64,000 bases of DNA from an uncultured delta proteobacterium (GTDB lineage Bacteria; Myxococcota_A; Polyangia; Fen-1088), in NCBI GenBank assembly GCA_963737265.1, contig CAVTRY010000011.1:608001-672000 (forward strand), read 5' to 3'. Each line of letters starts with the position of its first letter. Positions within the stretch are counted from its first letter, which is position 1. The notes under the pieces are model-generated. The model did not search any database. It worked only from the letters and a program-made list of their open reading frames with translations, and had not been told where the DNA came from. Shown here piece after piece: positions 53,411-62,257 of this stretch. The position numbers and the translations under genes are program-made.

Positions 53411-55774
53411 ATGACCGATCAGCAGACGCTTTCACGGATCGGGACGGTCTATTTTCTCGCGACGATTCTTGTCGCCTGCGCGGGGGCCAAGGTGGGCAGC
53501 GGCGACCAAGGAGGTACGAGCCCGGGTGGAAATGGTGTTGTTGTTGGCGGCGGCGGCACCACTGGAATCTCCATCAACCTCGACGGCGGGCCCTCTATCG
53601 GGGGAGTCGGTACGGGCGGGACAGGCGGCTACCAGCACCCCGCCACCAAGAATTTTCCTGAAGAAGCTACCTGCCAGGGCGCCTCGGGTCAGTGGGGCGA
53701 AGCCCTGCAGAAGGCGCTGTGGTTTCTCAATGTGAACAAGTCCGGGCCGGGTGTGCTGTCGACCTACGTTCAGTGGCGAGGCGATGCGCACCTGATGGAC
53801 CAGCACATCAAGTTGAGTCCAACCGATCCGACTGGCGTGAATATGTCGCAGGCATTCATCGACCAGAATCGCGCCGTGCTCGATCCCAAGGGTACCGGCG
53901 AGGTCGACCTGTCGGGCGGATTCCACGACGCCGGCGACTACATCAAGTTCGGCCTGACGACGGGTTTCACCGCGTCCACCGTGGCGTGGAGCCTCTACGA
54001 ATTTCCCGATTCCTTCCGTATCACGGGACTCGAGGACGAAACGCTCAACCTTCTACGCTGGGCCGACGACTACTTCATGAAGTCGACCTTCCTGGACAAC
54101 AACGGCAATTTCGTGGCCTTTGCCCATCAGGTTGGCGACGCCTCGGATCACACCTGCGGTTGGATGCCGCCCGAGCTGCGACGCGTCGACTTCTGCCCAC
54201 GCAAGGGCTACTTCGCCACCGCCGAGACGCCCGCGGCCGACGTTACGGCGAGCGCGGCCGCGGCGCTGGCGCTGACGTCGCTCGTGATCAAAGCCAAGGA
54301 CGCGGACTACGCGCAAGCCTGTCTCAAGTACGCCACCGCTCTTTACAAATTCGCCGCCCAGCACCCAGACACCGTCGGGAACACAACCGGAGGACTCTAC
54401 ACGTCCGAGTACGCGGCCGACGATCTGGCCTGGGCCGCCATCTGGCTGTATGAGGCGACGGGGACGCAATCCTATCTCGACGACGTCCTCGGCGTTGGCG
54501 GCGCTGGCGGCGGCTGGCTCGACCACTTCCCTGGCTTCAAGACCACCTGTCTGCAAAGCGCGGGAGCCAGCTGTTGGACCGAGTCGCAGACGCACGACTG
54601 GAACTCGGTCAGATCCGGCGTGTTCCTGAAACTCGCGCAGATTTTGCGCGATACCAACAGCCCTCTGGCCAAGGGGATGGCCATCATCGCGCGCGACGAC
54701 TCCATGAAGTGGCCGCAGGGCACTGTGGCCATGACACCGGCAGGGTTCTCCGTGCTCTACGCCTACGGCTCGGCCCGCTATAACTCGGCGGCGCAGTTCG
54801 TCGCCTTGCTCTATGCCAAGCTCTTCGGCGCGAAAGATCCGGACGCCGTTAACGCCATCACCCCCTGGGCCAAGAAGCAGATGGCCTACATCTTGGGCAG
54901 CAACCCGCTTGGTAAGTCGTACATGATGGGGTTCACCGACAACTACTGCAACCAGCCCCACCACGCCGCCGGCCACGCCTCGATCTGGGGCGAGCCCAAC
55001 AACCCGGTGGCCAACCGCCACATCATCTGGGGCGCTCTCATCAACGGTCCCGACGCCGCCGACGGTCACATCGACAACCGCGCCGACTTCGGCAGCAACG
55101 AGGTCACCATCGACTATAACGCCTCGCTCATCGCCGCCCTCGCCGCCCAGTATTCGCTGCAAGGAAATGGGCAGTGTCCCTTGGCGCAGTTCCCGCCGGT
55201 CGAACCCGAGATCGACGAATACTACACGCTTTCCAACCTCAACTCCGGGGGCTCCTGCCGTTCCCAGGTCACGGTCACGCTCATCAACGAGACCATCCAT
55301 CCGCCGCGCTACAACGAGAACCTGAGCGTGAAGTACTTCTTCGACATCAGCGAACTGCAGGCCCAGGGCAAGTCCATCAGCGACGTCACGGCCAGCCTGA
55401 TTTACGACCGCGGCGCCACCGAATTCGGCCAGCCATCCAGCATCGCCTCTCCCAAGCTTTGTCCCAAGAGCTCTTCGACCTACTACGTGGAAATGGGCTT
55501 CGCGGGCTACGACTTCTGGGGCCGCATCGTCCAGCTCAAGGCCCCGCGCACCTTCATGCTCGATATCGGCACCGCGAACGGCGCCGACTGCGTCTGGGAT
55601 CCATCCAACGACTGGAGCTACGCTTCCCTGCAGCCGGCGCCAACCGACGGTAGCGACCCGCCCAAGACGCCCCACATCACGGTGTATAGCAACGGCATCC
55701 TCGCCTGGGGCGAAGAGCCGCCCTGCTTCGACGAAACGGTCACGCCTCAGCCGCCGCCGATCTGGATCCCGTAG
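53411..55774 (+). CDS. GH9 endoglucanase with C-terminal CBM3-like module, lipoprotein
   Basis: Lipobox LVAC; DLSGGFHDAGDYIKF, PHH, D..ADF..NEVTIDYNA catalytic motifs; CBM3 features KYFFDISEL, YYVE, WDPSNDWSY, WGEEP. Confidence 0.93.
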   Translation: MTDQQTLSRIGTVYFLATILVACAGAKVGSGDQGGTSPGGNGVVVGGGGTTGISINLDGGPSIGGVGTGGTGGYQHPATKNFPEEATCQGASGQWGEALQKALWFLNVNKSGPGVLSTYVQWRGDAHLMDQHIKLSPTDPTGVNMSQAFIDQNRAVLDPKGTGEVDLSGGFHDAGDYIKFGLTTGFTASTVAWSLYEFPDSFRITGLEDETLNLLRWADDYFMKSTFLDNNGNFVAFAHQVGDASDHTCGWMPPELRRVDFCPRKGYFATAETPAADVTASAAAALALTSLVIKAKDADYAQACLKYATALYKFAAQHPDTVGNTTGGLYTSEYAADDLAWAAIWLYEATGTQSYLDDVLGVGGAGGGWLDHFPGFKTTCLQSAGASCWTESQTHDWNSVRSGVFLKLAQILRDTNSPLAKGMAIIARDDSMKWPQGTVAMTPAGFSVLYAYGSARYNSAAQFVALLYAKLFGAKDPDAVNAITPWAKKQMAYILGSNPLGKSYMMGFTDNYCNQPHHAAGHASIWGEPNNPVANRHIIWGALINGPDAADGHIDNRADFGSNEVTIDYNASLIAALAAQYSLQGNGQCPLAQFPPVEPEIDEYYTLSNLNSGGSCRSQVTVTLINETIHPPRYNENLSVKYFFDISELQAQGKSISDVTASLIYDRGATEFGQPSSIASPKLCPKSSSTYYVEMGFAGYDFWGRIVQLKAPRTFMLDIGTANGADCVWDPSNDWSYASLQPAPTDGSDPPKTPHITVYSNGILAWGEEPPCFDETVTPQPPPIWIP

Positions 55775-56110
55775 GACAAGCCCGGGCTTCGCCCGCAGTA
55801 GATCAGCGTCGCGGCCGCGGAGCGGGCGGCGTTGCTGTTGCGCCATCCTCGGGCCACCGCGCTGCACGCCCAAGCCCTGGCCCGCACGGCCGCCTGCCTC
55901 GCAACCTGGTGGCGAGCGCGGAGACTGGCTGAACTGACGACACCTCGACCAGGGCGGGATGGAGTAGACTGCCCTGCGTGCTCAACAGAGACCCCGTCAG
56001 GCCCCAGAAACCCGGTCAAGCGCGCTGCGCCAACGTGATCGGGGCCGACCTGATGCGGTCCGGCATGGTTCTCCGACGCTCAAAAAACCCATTCGAAATG
56101 CCTATGGTCA
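55470..56110 (+). repeat. 641-bp direct repeat, copy 1 (GH9 3' end + IS91-like right end)
   Basis: Near-identical to 60251-60893; I found only a 2-bp indel and one substitution. Confidence 0.95.
55830..56110 (+). mobile_element. IS91/ISCR-like remnant A1: decayed transposase C-terminus and oriIS-like end
   Basis: LLLRH/LGPPRCTPKPWPARPP..GDWLN* (stop 55937), then ATGGAGTAGACTGC motif and terminal CCCATTCGAAATGCCTATGG. Confidence 0.65.
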
Positions 56111-56150
56111 TGAGGCGCAGAGGTGTTTTGCAGCGAGGGCAGACGGTGTC

Positions 56151-56319
56151 GGCGACCTTCGCGGGACGCCATGGGGTACACTGCGCCCCGTGTTCGCGAC
56201 ACACCCTCAAACCTCCCCCGCGACAATCCCGCGTTTTGGCACCGGCCCACTCGCAAGCAACTCGGCCCGGCCTCGAAGGGTTCTCGCTCGTCGCAAAAAC
56301 CCTTTCGAAAGGACTAGGA
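56151..56319 (+). mobile_element. IS91/ISCR-like remnant B: diverged right end only
   Basis: ATGGGGTACACTGC at 56171 and AAAAACCCTTTCGAAAGGACTAGG end, with the same 142-bp spacing as A1. Confidence 0.6.
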
Positions 56320-56408
56320 TCCTCAGGCACCGCCTAGGCACCTGCGACTGCTCAGAGTTTCCGAGCTTGTGTTACCATGGCTGAGCGCCCTGAAATCAGG
56401 AGGTTCGG

Positions 56409-57726
56409 ATGCCCGGTCCTGCTCGCACCATTCTAGATAATCTAGGCAAGCAAACCCTGAGACGGCTGTGCGAAGAGCGTGGATTGCAAACCGCCAGAGA
56501 GCTCGATGAAATGCGCGCCCGCCTCGCACATTCCTTCAGGGGTGACACGAAAGAACTCGTAGACCGTCTTTCCCGGAGAGAAATGCAGCAGATTCTCGAT
56601 GTCTGGGAATTTGAAGTTGACGGACACTATGGGGGCTTGGTGGGTGTGTCATATGCGTCGAAGGATGACCTCGCGAAGGCTGTGCTGGTTATCTACGAGG
56701 ATGGCTGGGGCCCAACAAGTCGAAGCCTGAGCCCGGTGGGGAGTGGATCTCGGTTGCGTGTTTCGATCGATGACGAGACAGATTTGGAGGATTGCGCGCA
56801 TAAGCCCGAAGCTGAGGGTGGCCCCCAGACCGAGGAAGAGGCCGCCCAGCCGTTCGACGACGAAGGAGAAAGAAGCTTTCTCGCCGATCTCTGATTCGAA
56901 ACTCGCCGAGCGAGGTCGCACCACCACGTACATTCGCAGGCTGGTGAACGACCTTGGCAGACACCACGCCGAACATCGCCTTCGGTTGAGCGCCGTTCGA
57001 CACGTTGGCCACGTGCTTGTGAGCGCTGGAATGTCTACAGACCCCGATCTGTCGACAATGACCGCAGCACCTGGAATCGACGCCCGCGTTGTCGTCATCC
57101 GGCGCATGGCCTCACCTAGGAGGAGGCACGATTCGGCAATTACGCGCGACGTTATCTCGCGCTCAGATCCACCACCCGGAACGATGAGGATTCGGCCACC
57201 GACAGCACCATCACCGGTACCTTCCGCACAACCTTCCGGATTCGAGATGGCGAACGAGCAACTGAAATTCCTGGTTACTGTCGCCACTTCGATCAGCATT
57301 CTGAACCAAGAAGGGCGAGCGCAGGCCGTCGAGATGGCTTCGGAGGGAATCGAACTTAGCGCGGCGGATCGAATCCGGTTGAAGGCATTCTCCCATCAAT
57401 ATGCCGGTGGCAACTTCGAATTAGGGCGCACTTTGGCCTATCTCCGCGCCGGACTTCCGGAACGCAGGCGGCAGCAGTTGCTCGATTGTCTCCTCGTACT
57501 CGCGCCGACCTGTCAAGCACTAGACGAAGCGCGGGAGGCTCATGCAGTTGAACTAGGGGTACAAGCGCGTATCGAGTCCCCGCCCTCGGCCCCACCTGCG
57601 AATAGCCAACAGACGGTCACTCCCGCCCAATCCACGAAATCCGAGCCAATCGGACAAGGCCAAATCGAGGCTGGCGGGGTACGACAGAACGAAGGACTCG
57701 ACTCAGTCTTTGGAAAGGGGACGTAG
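56409..57726 (+). CDS. Hypothetical multidomain protein with TerB-like C-terminal region; apparent 1-bp insertion near 56892
   Basis: AGGAGG RBS at ATG 56409. ORFs 56409..56894 and 56743..57726 fuse as ERSFLADL-DSKLAERG if one T is removed. Helical C-domain resembles TerB-like folds (by eye). Confidence 0.6.
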
Positions 57727-57728
57727 TC

Positions 57729-59789
57729 ATGGGCAACCAAGGAACGATTGACTCCGACGCCACCCTTGCCCGGGCTGTCTATGGGACGCGTGTTGTTGAC
57801 AAGAGCCTTTCAGGAGAAGAGGCATTTGCACGCCTTCCTCGCTTTGTTACCGAGTATCTCTTCGCAAAATATGTGCGCCCAGGGCGCGAACAGGAAGACT
57901 TGCAGTCCTTGAAGGAGAAGATTCGCGGTCGCATTCCGGAGGCTGACCAGAAAGAAATAATCAAGAACCGGCTCATGCGGGACGGTGAATATGTCGTAAT
58001 CGATCAACTAGAAGCCGAGGTTGATCTCGTCGAGAACTGTCACCGCGCGCGCTTGAACTGCCTGGATTCCGAATCGATTCAAATCGATGCCGATCTCGTA
58101 GATCGTTTTGAGGGCGTCCTGAGTGGCGGACTATGGGGAACCGTGACCCTCAGATACGATTCCTCAGCACCCCCAAAACTGAAGATTGCTGTCAAAGCCT
58201 TCGTTCCATTTCAGCTTGACCGTCCCGACGTCGATGGGTTCAAGAAAGGGCGGAGCCGCTTTGCTCTTGATGAATGGATCCGCCTGCTTCTTCGAAGCGC
58301 GGGGTACGAGCCTGACACAATCCCGAGCGAGCGCCAGAGATGGTTGCTTCTTGCCCGGATGATCCCACTGGTCGAACGAAATTTGAATCTGATCGAGCTT
58401 GGGCCGAGGGGTACGGGCAAGACCTTTCTACTCAGAAATCTCTCTCCGACGGTGTTCACCATCTCGGGAGGTCGACCTTCGCCGGCAACCCTTTTCATTC
58501 ACAAAGTCTCGCAGCGACTCGGCATCATAGGCACGCGCAAGGTGGTTGTATTTGATGAGATTGCCGCAACCACTTTTCCAGACCGGGAAACTGTTGCTAC
58601 TCTCAAGGATTACATGGAGAGCGGGCAGTTCAGTCGGGGCAGGAAGGTTGTCGCGTCCGACGCAAGTCTGGTCCTGACCGGGAATCTTGAGGTTTCCGGC
58701 GATCAGCCCAGCGAGCAATACACCCATTTGTTCCAGGAGCTGCCAGCGCCGTTAGTCGATGCCGCATTCTTGGATCGAATTCATGGGTACTTGCCAGGCT
58801 GGGAGATACCGAAAGTGAGTGAAGCGTCTCTAGCCCAAGGCGTTGGGTTTGTGACTGACTATTTTGGAGAGGTATTGAAATCGCTCCGAGACGATGATGT
58901 CGCGCGGGCACTTGATCCTGTTGATCCTGGCGCCAGCGCAACAATTCGTGACGCAAGGGGCGCGCGCCGAATCGCCTCCGGAATGTTGAAGCTGCTTTTC
59001 CCAGACGGAAGCCATTCAGAAGAAGACGTAAAGCGATGCATGCGGTTTGGGATCGAGCTGCGACAACGCGTCCACAACCAGCTGACCCAGATTGCCCCAG
59101 GAGAGTTCGCGCGAAAAGTCCTCGCATTTCCGGGCATGGAACCACATGAGGCACGCGACCTGGTGGAGTCGAGAAAAGTTCAAGAACGCGACGTGCGCGC
59201 CAATCGTGAGCCGGTAGTTGGACAAGTGACAGGCTTGGTCGTGTTGCAGACGGGTGGTGTGATTACTGGTGGCGATGTCTTCTTCACGGAGGTTTCATTG
59301 TTGCGCGGACGGGGTGGCGCGGGCTTTAGCATCACCGGCTTGAGAGGACCGGTCCTAAATGATTCAGTTAAGACAGCTTTCCAAGTGCTCCAGCAACTAG
59401 GGGGTCAGTGGAAAGGCGTTCCCCCACGCCTCGCAGATTCGACGGTGGCGGTTCACCTGGTGAACATCGCAGATCCTAAGGAGGGACCTTCCGCCGGTGT
59501 CGCGTTCGTTACAGCGATGGTCTCGGCGGCGTTAGGAATCCCTGTGCGGCCAGCCTTGGCCATGACGGGGGAAGTAACTCTTCACGGTTTCATCGGTCAG
59601 GTTGGCGGCATCGTCCACAAACTCAAAGCAGCCGTCCAGCACCAGCGCAAGCTCGTGATTATTCCTGCGCAGAACGCCGGTGATCTTCGCGACGTCCCCG
59701 ACGACATACTAACTGCCGTCGAGATTCGCACGGTAAGTCGGATCGAGGAAGTCCTGGAACTGGCTCTGGAACGTCTGCCCAATGACTAG
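57729..59789 (+). CDS. brxL: BrxL-like Lon-related AAA+ ATPase with S16 protease domain
   Basis: PRFVTEYL N-domain, ELGPRGTGKT Walker A, VVVFDE Walker B, LKDYMESGQFSRG, AFLDRIHGYLPGWEIPK; protease PKEGPSAG with Lys 43 residues downstream. Confidence 0.88.
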   Translation: MGNQGTIDSDATLARAVYGTRVVDKSLSGEEAFARLPRFVTEYLFAKYVRPGREQEDLQSLKEKIRGRIPEADQKEIIKNRLMRDGEYVVIDQLEAEVDLVENCHRARLNCLDSESIQIDADLVDRFEGVLSGGLWGTVTLRYDSSAPPKLKIAVKAFVPFQLDRPDVDGFKKGRSRFALDEWIRLLLRSAGYEPDTIPSERQRWLLLARMIPLVERNLNLIELGPRGTGKTFLLRNLSPTVFTISGGRPSPATLFIHKVSQRLGIIGTRKVVVFDEIAATTFPDRETVATLKDYMESGQFSRGRKVVASDASLVLTGNLEVSGDQPSEQYTHLFQELPAPLVDAAFLDRIHGYLPGWEIPKVSEASLAQGVGFVTDYFGEVLKSLRDDDVARALDPVDPGASATIRDARGARRIASGMLKLLFPDGSHSEEDVKRCMRFGIELRQRVHNQLTQIAPGEFARKVLAFPGMEPHEARDLVESRKVQERDVRANREPVVGQVTGLVVLQTGGVITGGDVFFTEVSLLRGRGGAGFSITGLRGPVLNDSVKTAFQVLQQLGGQWKGVPPRLADSTVAVHLVNIADPKEGPSAGVAFVTAMVSAALGIPVRPALAMTGEVTLHGFIGQVGGIVHKLKAAVQHQRKLVIIPAQNAGDLRDVPDDILTAVEIRTVSRIEEVLELALERLPND

Positions 59790-59811
59790 CTAGCGAGGCG
59801 CGATGCGATGC

Positions 59812-60250
59812 GCATAGGCGAATCGAATGGGGTACTCGGACCACCACACCCTCGCGCGCACCTGGACAGCATGGCGGAGCGGGTTTGGCCGGCGGGATTC
59901 GCGTGGCGAAAGGTCTGTCTTGACCACGAGCGCAGTCTACCCCATGGCGAGCCCGCCTAGGTCGCCTTGATCAGTTCAGCCAGGCGTCGCCGCTACCAGT
60001 CTTGCGGGGCGGCGGACGCGCGGGGCGTAGCTGAGCGACGGGCGCGGCGAAGCCGCGTGGGGGCCTTGCGCTTGTTTGCTGGGCCGGCTGGCGCTGCCCC
60101 AGTGGTAGCAGCCGCGAGCAACCTGGCCAGGAGCGGATCCTTCTCCGCCATGGTCTCGTCGCTGACGACGGTGACCTCGCTGTCGCCCGGCGCGGCGACT
60201 AGGGTGATGACGCTGCGGCGCTGGAGGAAGCGGAGAATGCGCTTGCTGGC
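59812..60250 (-). mobile_element. IS91/ISCR-like remnant C: internally deleted transposase and oriIS-like end
   Basis: Minus strand KRILRFLQRRSVITLVAAPGD..LLARLLAAATTGAAPAGP fused out of frame to RPARPPPRKTGSGDAWLN* (stop 59971), then ATGGGGTAGACTGC and CCCATTCGATTCGCCTATGC. Confidence 0.7.
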
Positions 60251-60893
60251 GCTCTTCGACCTACTACGTGGAAATGGGCTTCGCGGGCTACGACTTCTGG
60301 GGCCGCATCGTCCAGCTCAAGGCCCCGCGCACCTTCATGCTCGATATCGGCACCGCGAACGGCGCCGACTGCGTCTGGGATCCATCCAACGACTGGAGCT
60401 ACGCTTCCCTGCAGCCGGCGCCAACCGACGGTAGCGACCCGCCCAAGACGCCCCACATCACGGTGTATAGCAACGGCATCCTCGCCTGGGGCGAAGAGCC
60501 GCCCTGCTTCGACGAAACGGTCACGCCTCAGCCGCCGCCGATCTGGATCCCGTAGGACAAGCCCGGGCTTCGCCCGCAGTAGATCAGCGTCGCGGCCGCG
60601 GAGCGGGCGGCGTTGCTGTTGCGCCATCCTCGGGCCACCGCGCTGCACGCCCAAGCCCTGGCCCGCACGGCCGCCTGCCTCGCAACCTGGTGGCGAGCGC
60701 GCGGAGACTGGCTGAACTGACGACACCTCGACCAGGGCGGGATGGAGTAGACTGCCCTGCGTGCTCGACAGAGACCCCGTCAGGCCCCAGAAACCCGGTC
60801 AAGCGCGCTGCGCCAACGTGATCGGGGCCGACCTGATGCGGTCCGGCATGGTTCTCCGACGCTCAAAAAACCCATTCGAAATGCCTATGGTCA
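60251..60893 (+). repeat. 643-bp direct repeat, copy 2 (GH9/CBM3 3' fragment + IS91-like end A2)
   Basis: ORF 60268..60555 is identical to the GH9 C-terminus; the match runs to ...ATGCCTATGGTCA. Confidence 0.95.
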
Positions 60894-60894
60894 G

Positions 60895-61356
60895 ATGCGC
60901 TCTCCAGGCAAGAACCTAATCGCGAGGCTTCTGGCGACCAGTTCGCCGTCCGCCGTGGTGCTCATGCGACTGACCGTGGGGGCCGTATTCCTTTCCGAAG
61001 GCATTCAGAAATTCCTATTCCCGGCCGCGCTCGGGGCCGGTCGGTTTGCCAAGATAGGTATCCCTTGGCCGGAGTTCAGCGCGCCCTTCGACGGGGGTTT
61101 TGAGGTCGGTTGCGGTCTTCTGGTCCTTGTCGGCCTTGGAACTCGGCTCGCCACGCTCCCGCTCATCGTCGACATGTTGGTTGCCATCGCGACGACGAAG
61201 ATCCCGATGCTTTTCAAGAGCGGGTTCTGGAGCACGCTGCACGAGGCACGGACCGACTGGTCGATGCTCCTTGGCGCGCTTTTTCTCCTGATCGTTGGGG
61301 GCGGCGCCTGGTCGCTCGATGCGTGGCTCGCTCGACGAGACACCGCGCGTGACTGA
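60895..61356 (+). CDS. DoxX family membrane protein
   Basis: LMRLTVGAVFLSEGIQKF, GLGTRLA, GGGAWSLD. Confidence 0.9.
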   Translation: MRSPGKNLIARLLATSSPSAVVLMRLTVGAVFLSEGIQKFLFPAALGAGRFAKIGIPWPEFSAPFDGGFEVGCGLLVLVGLGTRLATLPLIVDMLVAIATTKIPMLFKSGFWSTLHEARTDWSMLLGALFLLIVGGGAWSLDAWLARRDTARD

Positions 61357-61876
61357 CGGGGCTGCGAGCGAGCCCGACCGGCTGGCGCCAAACCGGCTAC
61401 GGAATATGGCATGGTTCTTTCTGCGCCTGGGATTCACGGCGTTCGGTGGGCCGGCGGCTCATGTTGCGATGATGGAAGAAGAGGTCGTCCGGCGGCGCGG
61501 CTGGCTCAAGCGAGATGAGTTCCTCGATCTCCTCGGCGCGACCAACCTCATCCCCGGCCCGAACTCAACGGAGATGGCGATCTTCATCGGGCACAAGCGA
61601 GCTGGTTGGCCCCGTCTGGTGCTTGGCGGTGCGTGCTTCGTCCTGCCCGCCGCGCTGATAACCCTTGCGTTTGCTTGGGCATACGTCCGATTTGGCTCCA
61701 TCCCACAGGTGGCGGCGCTGCTCTACGGAGTCAACCCGATCATCATCGCGATTGTGGTGCAGGCGCTTTGGGGGTTGGGGCGAACCGCGGTGAAGTCGCG
61801 GATGCTGGCGGCTCTTGCCGTGCTCGCGGCGGTCGCGAGCTTCGCAGGGCTCAACGCGCCCCTGGTTCTGCAATGA
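61349..61876 (+). pseudogene. chrA: Chromate transporter ChrA, N-terminal half only
   Basis: GFTAFGGPAAH, IPGPNSTE, FVLPA; ends abruptly at APLVLQ* with no second domain or partner gene. Confidence 0.8.
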
Positions 61877-62165
61877 CTTCGCACCGATCGATTGCGGCGC
61901 TTGCCATCGGCATCCTGCTCTCGCCCGCGACCGGGTACGCGGGTCCGCCCTACGTGACGGATGACCCCCCAGCCCGTGGAATTCCGCCACTGGGAGTTCT
62001 ATCTGGCAACCCAGCATTCCGTTACCCATGAGGCCGCATCCGGAACCGCTCCGCACATCGAGGTGAACTACGGTGCCTTGCCTGGACTCCAGCTTCACGT
62101 AATCGCCCCGCTGGCGTACGCGCATTCGAGCGATGGTCTCACGTTCTACGGCCTGGGCAACATGT
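61873..62165 (+). pseudogene. Fragment of secreted/outer-membrane protein (GPPYxTDDP N-terminus), frameshifted and truncated
   Basis: Signal peptide + GPPYVTDDP, frameshift in the C-run near 61966-61970, continues QPVEFRHWEFY..EVNYG..LQLH, then breaks off. Confidence 0.65.
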
Positions 62166-62257
62166 GTGCAGGTTTGCACCAAGTTCTACGCAAGAGGAAT
62201 CGTCTCGGCCTTGACGGCATCCAATAGCGCGTCGATGCCGACCAAGGAAAAGCCGCG

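Noticed and set aside
54053-55873. 606-aa minus-strand ORF, and similar long antisense ORFs such as 51563..53371, 7280..8317 and 15805..16995
   Set aside because: Shadow frames of well-supported genes, expected from high GC3 codon bias; no motifs.
56016-56330. Minus-strand ORF with CPRC, resembling a transposase zinc finger
   Set aside because: It lies antisense across two non-coding IS-end modules and crosses the duplication breakpoint; CPRC is probably coincidental.
57729-59789. Complete BREX system, or housekeeping Lon
   Set aside because: No other BREX genes in the window; the ATPase is BrxL-type and lacks the LonA N-domain and GPPGVGKT motif.
60268-60555. Independent small CBM3 gene
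   Set aside because: Exact copy of the GH9 3' end inside the duplication, starting mid-domain with no clear RBS.
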